Below are positions 13,191 to 26,873 of a DNA stretch of 64,000 nt, piece by piece (position 1 is the stretch's first letter; each line of letters opens with the position of its first letter). A model generated the notes under the pieces. That model searched no databases. It saw only the letters and a list, made by a program, of their open reading frames with translations, and was not told the DNA's origin. The position numbers were made by a program, and so were the translations under genes. Origin of the DNA: Pristiophorus japonicus (taxonomy: Eukaryota); NCBI RefSeq assembly GCF_044704955.1, contig NC_091999.1, forward strand, positions 34,596,001 to 34,660,000, written 5' to 3'.

Positions 13191-14934
13191 TAAATGTCAA
13201 CATTGGAAAATACATGTTGTGATATGTGAAAAGCTCAGATATTACTGTGATTGTCCGACACTCCTCTGCTCACTGCTTTAACGTATTAAATTTCAATGGA
13301 TTAAGTATTCCACTAAGTGGAATAGCAGCCTGTTCAGAGATGTTCCACTGAGTTTAACAGCAGAACTTTCAGAACTGAATTATTCATTTTTAAATTTATT
13401 TCCTTTCATATAAATCACATCTGTTCCAATTGAACAAAACGAAAGCCAACGTCATTGTTCGAGATATGTATAATTTTGTGTACCAACTGTCAATATTCTG
13501 AAGATACGCCCTTGTTGTGAGTTGAAAAGAATCAATTATCTTATTTTGCTGCCATGAACATTTGATTGGAACCAGTGAGGCGTTTATGTAAATAAACACA
13601 GAAATAGCAGTCTCAGATTAGAGTATTGAGCGACAGAAAGACAATAAATGTTTCCCCACCAACACAGCACAGAAATAAAGATAGGGAAAAATGCAAATCT
13701 CTCAACAGATTCCAGCAACAACTGTTTTTTGATACATTTCTCTAAATTATAGGTGAATAAAGTAAAGATGATCCCCACGGACAGAAAGGGGAAAGATTCT
13801 AATCACCGTATATAGTGACATCACAAATGTGTCAGTGGAGACTTCCTGTATCCTCTCCCTCTCCTATTTCCACTTTCCGTCTTGTCGCTCAAGAATGGAT
13901 AATTGGCTTTCCCCCACAACTTGATGTCAACATCCAACAAACGTTTTCCTTGAGCCCTAATCATATGCCTCGAACCAAATTGATCAGAAGCGCAGAAGGA
14001 GCTTTCATCCAAAATGTGACATGTGCATTTAATTATCTGGCAGTTTTTGATGGGACAATGTGGAGAGATCTTTAAACACTATCTAACCCGTGCTTTACCA
14101 GCTCTGGGCGTTTTTGATGGGACTGTGTAGAGACAGCTTTACTCTGTATCTGACACATGCTGTATCTGCCCTTTAAGTTACATAGTTTAGTGCAGTAATA
14201 ACTGAGACAGGGTCTAGTTTAATAGAAACAGAGGCATGGTCTAGTTTATTATTATGAAAGAATTGGGCTCGTGTAATATAAAGAGTGTATTTGTCTAGTT
14301 TACTATAAGCAGAGACAGGGTCTTCAGTAATAGGAACAAAGGCATGGCATACTCCAGTAATATCTGAAACAGGGCCTAATACAAAATTAGTGTTGCTAGT
14401 GCAATAATAACTGAAGTAGTGGCTCGTGCTGTAAGTAATGATACTGGGACATTGTTTATTGGTCGCTGGCATGTGGGTGTAGGTGTCGCTGGCAAGGCCA
14501 ACATTGATTGTCTATCCCTAATTGGCCTTGAAAAGCATGTGGTGAACTGCCACCTTGAACCGCTGCAGCCCTGTGGTGAAGGTACTCCCACAGTGTTAGG
14601 GAGGGTGTTCCACGAATTTCACCCAGCGATTATGAAAGATCGGTAGTAACTTTCCAAGTTAAGATGGTGTGTGATTTGGAGGGTTATGTGGAGGTGATGG
14701 TGCTCCCATGAGCCCGGAGCCCTTGTCCTTCTAGCTAGAAGATGTCGTAGGTTTGGAATGTGCTGTCGAAGAAGGCTTGGCGAGTTGCTGCAATGCATCT
14801 TGTAGATAGTACTCACTGCAGACATAGTGCGCTGGTGGTGGAGGTAGAGAATATTTAATGTGGTGAATGGAGTAATATAAACAGGAATAGGGTCTAGTGT
14901 AATAATAACTGAGACAGGTCCTGGTGTATTATAG

Positions 14935-16040
14935 AATCATAGAATGGTTACAGCACAGAAGAGGGCCATTTGGCCCATATAGCCCGTGCCGCTCTCTGCA
15001 AGAGTATTTCAGTTAGTCCACTCGCCCGCCCTTTCCCATAGCCCTGTGAATTTTCTTAATTGAGGTACTTATCGAATTCCCTTTGTAATGCCATGAATGA
15101 CTCAGCCTCTGCCACCCTTTCAGGCAGTGCATTACAGATCCTAACCTCTAGCTGTGTAAAAACGTTTTCCTCATGGGAACAGTTTCTCTCCAGCTACTTT
15201 GTCTCGACCCCTTATGATTCTGAACACCTCTCTCAAATCTGATCACAACCTTCTCTGCTCTAGGGCAAAAAATACCAGCTTCTCCATTCTATCCACACAA
15301 CGGAAGTGTCTTATCCCTGGAACAACACCACAATCTTTTCTGCCCCCTCTGGAAGAGCTTCACATCCTTGCTAAAGTGTGGTGTCCAGAATTGGACACAA
15401 TACTCCAGTTGAGGCCTAAACAATGTTTTATACACGTTCATCATAATTTCCTTCCTTTTGTATTCTATGCCTCTATTTATGAAGCCGAGGATTCCTTGTG
15501 CTTTTAAAACAATTTCTCAACCTTTCCTGCCATCTTCGATAATTTGTGCAAACATACCCCCAGGTTTCTCTGTTCATCACACCTTTTAGAATTGTACTCT
15601 TTAGTTTATTTTCCCTCTCCGCGTTCATGCTACAAAAATGTATCGCTTGAAAATTTTCTCCGTTTCATTTGCCACGTGTCCACACATTCCACCAGAATAT
15701 CTATGTCCTCTTGCAGTCAGCACTATCCTCCTCACTGTTCACTATGCCTCCAAGCCATGAATGATATGACATTTTAAATTGTGCCCCGTACACCAACATC
15801 TACGTCATGAATATAAATCAAGATAAGCAGAGTTCCAATTACCAGCCACTGCGGAATACCACTGTATACCTTCCTCCAGTCCAAATAAGAACACTACTCT
15901 TTGATTCCTGTCACTCAGCCAATTTCATATCCATGCTGCCACTGTTCTTTTTATTTTATGGGCTTCAACTTTGCCGACAAGGATATGATCAAGACACTTC
16001 ATCTAACGCCTTTTGGAAGTGGACCACATCAACCATATAA
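14935..16040 (-). mobile_element. CR1-type LINE fragment
   Basis: ATAGAATC tail, reverse-strand LEYCVQFWTP-like segment and RT remnants. Confidence 0.8.
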
Positions 16041-17019
16041 ACTGAGACTGGTTATTGGTGCAGTAAAAACTGCGACGGGGTCTGGTGTAACGAGAGAAAC
16101 AAAACATCAGACAATTACAGATTTATTAACCTCATGCCAGGTACAGGTGCATTTTCATTTTTACCAACACTTACACTAATCATCCACAGAGGAGGTAAAT
16201 CTCAGGAACTTCTGTGTGACGGTGAGGTTATCACTAGACAATAAAGCGGGGGGCTGCTGATTATACTCGGTGGGATTTAATCCCCTTTCACACTGAATAC
16301 AACGACAGACATGGTCACCTTGGTAACGGAATGGTCAGTGTGACATCACTTTCTAAACAAGAGCATACAGGACAATGGGTTATCAATAAATTTTAAAGTT
16401 ATTAAACGACATGCAATTGCATTTTGAATACAATAAAATGCTGAAAAATAATGGTTGAAGCTAATCATTTATCTTTGTGTAATGCACACATAATGAATGA
16501 TGTGTTTTGTACACACACACATACACATACACATATAGGAAAAACTTTGTGTGTGCTCTTTTCAGTTGTTCATCTTAACGAGATGAGAGAATTTTTTCAG
16601 GTGGATATTAGGACCACGCGGCCGCCCATCCGGCAGTGCTGTTAGGTCAAGTTTCCAGGCTCTGTCTGACATAATCACTGGGTCACGTGACAGCGAACTA
16701 GCAAATACTGCAGGAAAAACAATCCTTAACATTAAAGAACTTGGAGTAATTGGCACAGGACAACACGCGTGCAAATTAGTAACCTTTAGCAGACAGAGTG
16801 CCACTAAGTAGTACAAAGTGCAGTGCGCTATTGCACACCTGCAGTCCTGTCCCTCAATCCCAGTCCACCTCTTGGACATTGTTACAAAATTCACCACATC
16901 TTCTCAACACAAATATTAACGAAACAATACCAAATCAAGCAGAAATTGCATACAGCTCTTGATAGCTATTAACAAAACTAAACATATACTTCAAACCAAA
17001 AAATGTATTGCATCCTCAC

Positions 17020-19975
17020 AGAGTCTAGTATAATATTACATAGACAGGGTCTAGTGCAATATAAAGAGAGCCAAGGTATAACGATATATAAGCAGGGACA
17101 GAGCCTAGTTTAATGTAAACAGCAGCAGGGTCTAGTGTAATATAAACAAGGACAGGGCCTTGTGTAATATAAACAGAGACAGGGTCGAGTGCAATATAAA
17201 CAGGGCCAGGGTCTAGTGTAATTTAAAAAAAGACAGGGTCTAGTGTAATATGAAAATAGACAAGGTCTAGTTTAACATAAAAAGAGACAGGCCTAACATA
17301 ACGTAAACAGGGACAGAGCCTAGTGTAAAATAAACTGAGACAGGGTCTACTGTAATATAAACTGAGACAGGGTCTATTGTATTATAAACCGAGAGAGGAT
17401 CGAGTGTAATGTAAACAGAGACACGGTCTATTGTAATATAAACAGCAACAGGGCCTAGTGTAATATAAACAGAGACAGGGTCTTGTGGAATATAAACAGA
17501 GGCAGTGTCTAGTGCAATATAAACAGATACATTGCCTCGTGTAATATAAACAGGGACATGGCCTAGTGTAATATAAACAGTGACAGGATCTAGTGAAATA
17601 TAAACAGATAGAGGGTCTAGTGTAATATAAACAGAGACGTGGTCTAGTGTAATATAAACAGAGACAGGACCAATCTACCAATCTACTTCATCCACCCAGC
17701 TCGTTACATCCTTACTTAAAGAAATCCATCAAATTTGTCAAACATGATTTCCCTTTCATAAAACCAGGCAGACTCTGCCTGATTGAATTATGCTTTTGTA
17801 ATTGTCCCGTTACTGATCCTTAGACTCCAGCATTTTCCCAACGACAGATTTTAGACAAACTCGTCTATAGTTTACTGCTTTTTGTCTACGTCCTTTTTTA
17901 GATGGGGACAGGATCAAGTGCAATATAAACAGTGACAGCGTCTGGTATGATATAAACAGTGACAACGTCCAGTGTAATTTAAACAGCAAGAGGGTCGAGT
18001 GCAATATAAACAGAGACAGGATCTGTGTAATATAAATATAGGCAGGGCCAAGTGTAATATAAATAGAGGGAGGTCTAGTCTAATATATAAACAGAGACAG
18101 GGTCTAGTGTAATATAAACAGAGACATGGGCGAGAGTAATATATAAAAAAAGGCAGGATCTAGTGCAGGAATAACTAAGACAGGGCCCTACTTTATATAG
18201 ACAGAGATACCGTTGAATGTAATGTAAAGAGAAACATGGTTTAGCAGAATGATAACTGAGTCAGGGCCTAGAGGACATTAAACAAAGACAGGGTCTAATT
18301 TAATATAAGCAGAGACAGATTCGAGTGTAATATGAACAGGGACATGGTCGAGTGTACTGTAAACAGAGACGGGGCCTAGTGTAACATAAACAGAGACAGG
18401 GTGTAGTGTACATAAGAACATAAGAATTAGGAATAGGGCAAGATGTAGAGGGGGATTTACTCTGTAGCTAACCCGTGCTGTATCTGCCCTGGGATTGTTT
18501 GCTGGGACAGTGTGGAGGGAGCTTTACTCTGTATAGACCAGTGCTGTACTTGCCCTGGGACAGTTTGATGGGACGGTGTAGAGCAAGCTTTACTCTCTAT
18601 CTAAACCGTGCTGTACCTGCCCTGGGAGTGTTTGATGTGACGGTGTTGAGGGACGTTTACTGTTTCTCGAATCGTGCTGTACCTGAGCTGGGAGTGTTTG
18701 ATGGGACAGCATCAAGGGAGCTTTTCTCTGCATAGATCCGCGCTGTACCTGCCCTGGGAATGTTTGATGGCACAGTGTGACATCACTATCCCAGAAAAAT
18801 TGTATTATCAGTGCAACTTCCTGTATACTGCATTTCGTTTTTACCTGTTTGACATCATCACGTCAGCAACACGTAAACAATGGGCGACGTCATTGTTCAC
18901 AACAATGCAGCGTCATCAACGTGACTTTGTCGCCATAGCTAAATCAGTGCGACCTCTGACCCTCAGCCACACGGATTGGTCGATTTGACTTATATAGACA
19001 CATCTATACCCCAGGGTCCAGTGCAGTAATAACCGAGACAGGTCCAATTGTAACATAGACAGAGTGAGGATATAGTGACAAGGTCTAGTGTAAAATAAAC
19101 AGACCCAGCGTCTAGTGTAATATAAACAGAGGCAGTGTCTAGCGTAACATAAACAGAGACAGGGATTAGTCTAATATAAACAGAGACCGTGTCTAGTGTA
19201 ATATAGAAAATACAGGGTCTCGTGTAATATAAACAGAGACAGGGTCTAATGTAGTATAAAAAATACAGGGTCTAGTGTAATATAAACAGAGACAGTATCT
19301 AGTGTAATATAAACAGAGACAGTGTCTAGTGTAATATAAAAAAAACAGGGTCTAGTATAATTGAAACAGAGACAGGGTCGGGTGCAATATAAATAGAGAC
19401 AGGGTCCGGTGTAATATAAATAGAGACAAGGTCTAGTGTAATATAAACAGAGAAAGGACCAATATACCAATCTATTATAAAGAGACAGGAGATAGTATAA
19501 TATAAAGAGTGACAATGTCTAATATAATATAATAAAGGATATCGTGCTCTAATAATAACTAATACATGATCTATTGTATTAGAAACATTGACATTTTCTA
19601 GTGCAATATAAACTGAGACAGTGTCTAGTGTAATATAAGGAGAGACAGGGACTAGTGAAATATTGACAGAAACAGGGTGTACGGTAATATAAACAGAGAC
19701 AGCGTCTAGTTCAGTAGTAACTGAGAGAGGTTCAAATATATTATAACGGAGGGTCTAGAAATGTGATAACTGATACAGATCCTAGCATAATATAAACAGA
19801 GACCATGTCTAGTGCAGTGTAACTGAGACAGGATCTACAGTAATAAAATAGATCTTGAGACGAGTGCGGTAATAGCTGAGACAGGGCCTTGGGCAATTTG
19901 AATAGAGAGATGGTCAGTGCAGTTATAATTAAACAGGGTCTAGAGTAATTTAAACATATAGAATGTCAAGAGTAA
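17020..19975 (+). repeat. 27-bp satellite arrays (17020-17670, 17905-18410, 19015-19975) interrupted by a CR1 fragment and 67-bp repeats
   Basis: Same unit, many copies. Confidence 0.92.
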
Positions 19976-20129
19976 TTTGATAGCAACATTCCAGCCATGC
20001 AAATCTTCATGTTTGTCTGACTGTCTATCTGTCTGTCTGTCTGTCTGTCGTTCGGTTGGTCGGTCCATCCGTCTGTCCGTCCGTCCGTCTGTCGATTCGT
20101 ACTTCTATCCATCTATCTGTACTTCTATC

Positions 20130-21108
20130 CAATATTACACTGGACCCTGTCTCTGTTTATATTACATGAGACTCTGACCCTGTTTATATTACACTTATTA
20201 CCCGAGTCCCTGTCTCTGTTTATATTACACAAGACCCTGTCTCTGTTTATATTACACTAGACTCTGTCTCTGTTTATATTACACTAGACCCTGTCCCTGT
20301 TTATATTACACTAGACCCTGTCCCAGTTTATATTACACTAGACCCAGTCTCTGTTTATATTACCCGAGTCCCTGTCTCTGTTTATATTACACAAGACCCT
20401 GTCTCTGTTTATATTGTACTAGACCCAGTCTCTTTTTAAATTACACAAGATCCTGTCCCTGTTTATATTACACTACATCCTGCCCCAGTTTATATTACAC
20501 TAGACCCTGTCTCTGTTTATACTGCACTAGACCCTGTCCCAGTTTATATTACACTAGACCCTGTCTCTGTTTATATTACACGAAACCGTGTCTCTGTTTA
20601 TATTGCACGAGACCCTGTCTCTGTTTACATTACACTGGACCGTGTCTCTTTTTATATTAAATTATAACCTATCTCTGTTTATATTACACTAGACCCTGTC
20701 TCTGTTTACATTACTCGACCCTGTCTCTGTGTATATTAAACTAGAACCTGTCTCTGTTTATATTACATTAGACCCTGTCTTTGTTTATATTAAACTAGAC
20801 CCTGTCTCTTATTATATTACAGTAGACCCTGTCTCTGTTTATATTCTTCCAGACACTATCCCTGTTTATATTACACTAGACCCTGTCTCTGTTTATATTA
20901 AACTGGACCCTGTCTCTGTTTATATTACACTAGACCCTGTCTCTCTTTATATTCTTCCAGACACTATCCCTGTTTATATTACACTCGACCCTGTCTCTGC
21001 TTACATTACAGTAGATTCTGTCTCAGTTTATATTACACGAGACCCTGTCTCTTTTTATATTACGCCAGGCACTGTCTCTGTTTATATTATCCTCGACACT
21101 GTCTCTCA
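20130..21108 (-). repeat. 27-bp satellite array in reverse orientation
   Basis: ACCCTGTCTCTGTTTATATTACACTAG tandem units. Confidence 0.95.
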
Positions 21109-21904
21109 TTTAATACACCAGATCATCTTTCCTTTTCAAATACATATTGATTTCCCTATTTGAAAGTTATGATTGAATCTGCTGCCATAACCCTTTCAAG
21201 CACTACATTCCAGTTATTACAACTCGCTGCATAAAAAATCTCCTTATCTCCCGTCTTTTATTTATTTTATCAATCATCTTAATATTTCTCCTCTGGTTAC
21301 CGTTAGACCTGCCGATGGAAACCCTACCTTACTATCTATGAAACCCCTTCACAATTTTAATTCCCCCCGAAGCATTCCCTGCTATAATGAGAATAATCCC
21401 ATCCTCTCTCGTCTCCACATAACTGAACTCCCTCTGCCTTGTAGCAATCTCCTCTGCATCCTCGGCAAGAGCCCGACAATCTTCCTAAAATGTGGATTGA
21501 AATAAATGCAATCTTTATTTGCCCTTCAGATTATTTCTAAGGATACATGCTGCCTTCAAATTTGACTGAATGAGAAGCATTAATTATATTGTTTTACTTG
21601 TTTTGACAATGCAGACGGTGACTGAAATGCTCAGCGACATCCGTCTCCACATGACTCATGTATCAATATGATCACTGTCGCCACCTGCTGATAAACGATA
21701 TCTACTGCAAGCCCCAGAGCTTATTTAAACATGATTCATAATTCTAACCACAACAACTTGCTTGAACGTTTACCCAGAGGATTTTTTTTAGAGCAGATGA
21801 TCAGGAAGTATCAAGGGCGGAATATCAAAATTATTGTTGCAAATTCACCTGCAGCCCATCACACAGAGCCGTCAGATTAGATAAACTTCCATAATGAATA
21901 AAAA

Positions 21905-23326
21905 CCTCACAGGAAAAATGGTGCAACCATGGCTAACAAGGGAAGTTAAAGATAGTAGTGGATTAAATGAACAGGCTTAGAATGTTGACAAAAAGAGTAG
22001 TAAGCCCGACAATTGGGAAGATTTTAGAATTCTGCAAAAGATGCACATGCAACTGAGAATATGGGAGAAAATATAAAATTAAATAAGCTATCAAAAACCT
22101 AAAAACAGATTGTTAGAGCTTCTACACTTGTATAGAAAATGACTTAAATTATCGTACTGTACAATACAAAGTTAGGTGGTACAGTAAACAGTCAGGAAGA
22201 AGTAAGGAGGCAGCAAAGGGATATTGACAGGTGAAGTGAGTGGACAAGAACATGACAGCTTGAGTATAATGTGGAGAAGTGTGAAGTTACGCACCTTTGT
22301 AGGACAAATAGAAACGCAGAAAATTTATTAATGCTGAGAAACTGGGTAATGTTGTTATTCAGAAAGACCTGGATGGCCTTGTACACGAATCACAGAAAGC
22401 TAAAATAGAGCCAAAGTGAGCAATTAGGAACGCAACTGGTAAGCAACATTTTATTGCAAAGGGATTCGAGTATTAGAGCAAAGAAGCCTTCATGCACATA
22501 TATAGGGCCCTGCTGAGACTACACCTAGTATATTGTGTACAGTTGTGTACTCCTTACCGAAGGAAGGATACACTTGCTTTGGAGAGAGTGCATCTAAGGT
22601 TCATCAGACTGACCTGATTCCTGGGACGGCAGCGGGGGTGGAGGGGGTGCGGGGGTGGGCGGTGGTGCTGTCCTGTGAGGAGAGATTGAGTATGTAATGT
22701 CCATATTTACGAGAAAAGCAGAACATAAGAACATAAGAATTGGGAGCAGGATTAGGCCATATGGTTCCTCGAGCCTGCTCTGTCATTCAACGGGATCATG
22801 GCTGATCTTCTACCTTAACTGCACTTCCCTGCACTATCAACATATCTGAATGGAAACAAATGCAGGGCTTCGGGGAAAGGCCGGGGAATTGGGTCAATTA
22901 TACAAAGTACTTCAAGTGTGGTCTAACCAAGTTTAGCATAACTTTTGCACTTTTCAATTCTATCCCTCTCGAAATAACCCCGAGTTCAGGTATTCTTATT
23001 TTTATGGAATTATTAACCTACGTCGCAACTTTTAGTGATGTGTGCATTTGCCCTCTCAGATACCTTTGTTCCTCCATCCCACTTAGATTCTTATTTTAAA
23101 CGTGATAAGTGACCTCTTTATTTTTCTTACCAAAATGTAATACCCCATAATTGTCTGTGTTGACATTAATTAGTCAATTCATGTATTCTTGTAATTCGTT
23201 GCAGTGTTCCACAGTATTTACACCCCGACCTGCCCGCCCCACGTGCATTCGGAAATTTAGAAGTTGTGTTTTTGACTCCAAAATCTAAATTGTTAACATA
23301 AGTTGTGAACAATAGTGGACCCAGCA
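21905..23326. mobile_element. Degraded CR1 fragments (+ strand 21905-22700, - strand 22725-23326)
   Basis: KCEVxH, LRLHLVYCVQL-like remnants and CATAAGAA tail. Confidence 0.7.
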
Positions 23327-23603
23327 NNNNNNNNNNNNNNNNNNNNNNNNNNNNNNNNNNNNNNNNNNNNNNNNNNNNNNNNNNNNNNNNNNNNNNNNNN
23401 NNNNNNNNNNNNNNNNNNNNNNNNNNNNNNNNNNNNNNNNNNNNNNNNNNNNNNNNNNNNNNNNNNNNNNNNNNNNNNNNNNNNNNNNNNNNNNNNNNNN
23501 NNNNNNNNNNNNNNNNNNNNNNNNNNNNNNNNNNNNNNNNNNNNNNNNNNNNNNNNNNNNNNNNNNNNNNNNNNNNNNNNATATCTATTTATCTATCTCT
23601 TTC

Positions 23604-23646
<43 letters not shown>

Positions 23647-23842
23647 AGCTAGCTATATATCTAGCTAGCTAGCNNNNNNNNNNNNNNNNNNNNNNNNNNN
23701 NNNNNNNNNNNNNNNNNNNNNNNNNNNNNNNNNNNNNNNNNNNNNNNNNNNNNNNNNNNNNNNNNNNNNNNNNNNNNNNNNNNNNNNNNNNNNNNNNNNN
23801 NNNNNNNNNNNNNNNNNNNNNNNNNNNNNNNNNNNNNNNNNN
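23327..23842. other. Assembly gaps (23327-23580, 23674-23842) around a CT/ATCT microsatellite
   Basis: N runs. Confidence 0.99.
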
Positions 23843-25394
23843 ACTGATACTCCAGCTGACTGCTGCTATTGACATGGTTTCTGAGACATTGGATATATTT
23901 CCTTTCCTGGGATATGGGAACAGTTACACACATTTACACAACGAAAAAATTAAACTTAACTCCAGTACTGTTACTGGGTAGATGTGTATATAAATAGGTC
24001 TTTTTACAATGTGAAGGTTTTGAATTTGGCTTCCAAGCATGCGGTCAGTAGTGAGAAAACTGAACGTTGATGGACTGCACAGAACCCCACATGCTTCCTG
24101 TAAATGACACTGATGTTCGAGGCTCGCTGACGTCAGTCGGTTATGTTAGTGCCAAATATTGTGTGGGTCAGATTAGTGTGAACAAGAATGGGAGAAAGAT
24201 GGTATTTAACTATTTGAACATTAAATTATTCAGTCGAACTTTTAAAATAAGGAGCATTTTACATGGTATAACATCTCAAGAATGATTTTCCATAAATTCT
24301 ATGCTCGCCATATTATAAGATAAGATCGGAAAATAATGAATTGATCCACACGGTATCTAAGGAAAACTATTTCCAAATAAAGACCATTCTAGACCATTCA
24401 GTCACTTTATTCAGTACAGCATGAAGTGCTGGAGAGAGGTTTAATGGCCTTACCCCACACTGTAATGAGATGACTGGGATTCGCAAAGTAACTAAAACAG
24501 GTTGAATTGACTTGAATATTCTCACAGAGAAGTGTCAGCTGCACTTCTTTAATATTATCACAGAATTTTGCACCTGGTCTAAACTAATGTCTCCATTATT
24601 CCTGATTAGTAGCCGCGCAGTGTGCGGTGTAATTTGCGCTGATTTGGATCCCTGAACAACCCCTCACATAGCCTGGCTACCATTGGGTAGTGAAATGGCG
24701 AGATTGTGATCTGTTTCTGCTGGAGATGATGCATTTACTCCTGTGATATTCTGTAACATACCGCTATGTCCTGATACACCGAGTTCCTGTTACCCGTGTC
24801 TGTTGCACAGTCGGTCGCTAGTAAAGTTAGCTACAAGGATTTGAATGTCGAGGTTTGCTGATCATATTATCGGTTCTGATTCACAAGCTTCTCTCATAAA
24901 ACGCAGGTCTGAAGCGGGCGGGACCCATTTTCTTATGTGTCTCCGTCAACTCACTCCTTTATCATCAGTCAAGCGGACTTATTTTACAGCTAATTTTACA
25001 AACGGCTGCCTTAGGGTCACAGAATCAGGGGCAGTTAATGAAATGCAATGAGAGACAATTGCATAATGTGAGGAGTATGATCTCATCTCCAGACCAAAAG
25101 TGTGTAGCTTTAGCCACGTACACCATAAAAATAATCACATTACCCATCTCCCGAATTCGGTTACATAGAGTGATAACAATTCAGATTATAAGGGATACTT
25201 TATTAGTACAGATGCATGGATAGATAGTGGGAGATGGAGAAACACAAAATGGCGGTGTCTTTAGACCCTGATAATGTAATTCAATCTCAGAGATTCACAC
25301 CCCCTTGAAACAGTGAGTAAATAAAGAGATTTAACTTACAGTCCAGATGTGAGTCCGTTCTGTTCGTGATGCGGAAGGTGTGATGTGGATCCAG

Positions 25395-25465
25395 AAACCG
25401 CCCCAATCTGGGAATCAATAGGCGGCGCCTGTGACCTCGCCCCCATCTCCCGGCTATTTAACTGC
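25395..25465 (+). promoter_or_regulatory. Putative IgH V promoter (GC box, CCAAT, TATA-like TATTTAA; no octamer)
   Basis: CCGCCC 25398-25403, CCAAT 25403-25407 and TATTTAA 25455-25461, about 95 bp upstream of the leader ATG. No ATGCAAAT octamer seen nearby, consistent with what is known of shark IgH promoters. Confidence 0.6.
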
Positions 25466-25553
25466 CGGTCATTGGGACCGCAATACAACAGTCTGGAAGT
25501 GGGTTTGCTCAGTGAGTTCTTGCCGGAACCATTCACCACACATTGCCAGGAGG

Positions 25554-25599
25554 ATGAGGTTGGCGATTTCTCTCAGTGTGTTGCTGGCTTTCTTTTCCC
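25554..25599 (+). CDS. IGHV: IgM heavy chain leader (L) exon, MRLAISLSVLLAFFS
   Basis: ATG at 25554 in AGGATGA context, hydrophobic signal peptide, phase-1 donor C|GTGAGT at 25600. Confidence 0.93.
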
Positions 25600-25725
25600 G
25601 TGAGTAGTTTTTATTGTCCAATCTCTCACTGTTACTGTTTCAGTGTTAGTTTCTCTCTGGAATGTTACAGAGTCAGGAATCATTTCACCAGGATTGATCC
25701 TCGGGGTTTTTGATTATTTTTACAG

Positions 25726-26030
25726 GTGTCCAGTCGGATGTGGTGTTGACTCAGCCCGAGGCAGAGACCAGGATTCCCGGGGGCTCCCTGAGACTGACCT
25801 GTAAAACCAGCGGCTTCGATCTTGGTGGCAGCTACATGCACTGGGTCCGCCAGGTTCCCGGAAAGGGGCTGGAGTGGCTGGTTTACTACTACAGTCCATC
25901 TAGCAAGAATTACGCCGCAGCGATTGAGAGCCGATTTACTGCGTCCAAAGACACTTCAAACAACATCTTCGCGCTGGACATGAAGAACCTGAAGAGCGAA
26001 GACACCGCCATCTATTACTGTGCAAGGTAC
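25726..26030 (+). CDS. IGHV: IgH variable segment (shark VH), open frame
   Basis: Acceptor ttttacAG|, then [13 protein letters not shown]...LTCKTSGF...[13 protein letters not shown]...[10 protein letters not shown]. Conserved Cys, Trp and YYC present, in frame with the leader. Confidence 0.97.
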
Positions 26031-26069
26031 CACAGCGAGAGGAACCAGGGCTGGACCCGTACAAGAACA
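26031..26069 (+). other. V 3' recombination signal sequence (23-bp spacer)
   Basis: CACAGCG (26031-26037), 23-nt spacer (26038-26060), ACAAGAACA (26061-26069). Confidence 0.92.
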
Positions 26070-26475
26070 GATCGAGAGTGAATTCAACAATTTCCATCAT
26101 AACCTGACGGTCAGTAAGTGTGTCAAATGCAATGTTAACAACAGTGTTCAGAACAAGACCATAAACCGCTTCTTACAAAACTAAGAAACTGAGAATTCAA
26201 TGGTGAAAATCTAACACACTAACCCATGTACTGAGGGATAGTTTTGGTTGTGCTCCTGTTTAATGTGAACAGTGTCAGCAATTGCAGAGCTGGAGATGAT
26301 GCTCGATTCACTGTGCCTGGTACATGCAGGGAGCTGGTTGGAAGTGTGTTCACTTACTATCGTGTTGTGTAAACTGTTGGCTAAATTCTAAACTTGATCA
26401 GAAGCGAATTGTATTTGAAGTGAATGTCTATTTGAAGTGTACGTTGAGATTCAGTACTGAGCAGAGAGTGAGGGC

Positions 26476-26558
26476 AGTATTTGTGCGGGTTCCTGTCACT
26501 GTGGGACTACAGCAGTGGGCCACGGTGCTATACAGAGCGAGCTTTCCATACAAAAACC
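26476..26558 (+). other. IGHD1: IgH D1 segment (GGACTACAGCAGTGGGC, 26504-26520) with 5' 12-RSS and 3' 22-RSS
   Basis: AGTATTTGT, 12 nt, CACTGTG (26476-26503); CACGGTG, 22 nt, ACAAAAACC (26521-26558). The 12/22 arrangement is the known shark D1 type. Confidence 0.92.
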
Positions 26559-26873
26559 CCAGACATGGAATTTGCACAAACATGCGATCGCTACCACGCC
26601 AGGAGCGTCGAAGGAACTGAGGTTTAAGTAAAAATAATGAGTAGAAGTAAGATATATATATATTTAAATGTATCACATTTTTCTGCTTTATTACTCTTGA
26701 TTGCCATGCTGAATCTGCACAGCTGCTTCAGAAGTATTCCAATCATTTTTTATAAATATAATGAACGGTACAAACTGAAATATCTCACTGATTCACTCTT
26801 AAGGGAGTCAGAATCAGGTTTTTAAAGCTGCGTGCAATTTAATTTCTGTATTTTACAGTTAAAAGTCCGCCGG

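Noticed and set aside
18771-18810. Perfect CACAGTG as an orphan RSS
   Set aside because: It derives from the 67-bp repeat end, with no convincing nonamer and no adjacent V sequence.
20130-21163. Regular 27-bp repeats as a CRISPR array or a repeat-protein ORF (DPVSVYITL)n
   Set aside because: No unique spacers and eukaryotic context; the ORFs arise from the 3n period of a satellite.
26309-26315. CACTGTG heptamer between V and D1 as a possible extra D segment
   Set aside because: No nonamer at 12- or 23-nt spacing and no closing 3' heptamer.
26863-26872. Conventional 22/23-spacer nonamer for J
   Set aside because: The sequence there (AAGTCCGCCG) does not resemble GGTTTTTGT; only the 12-spacer position fits.
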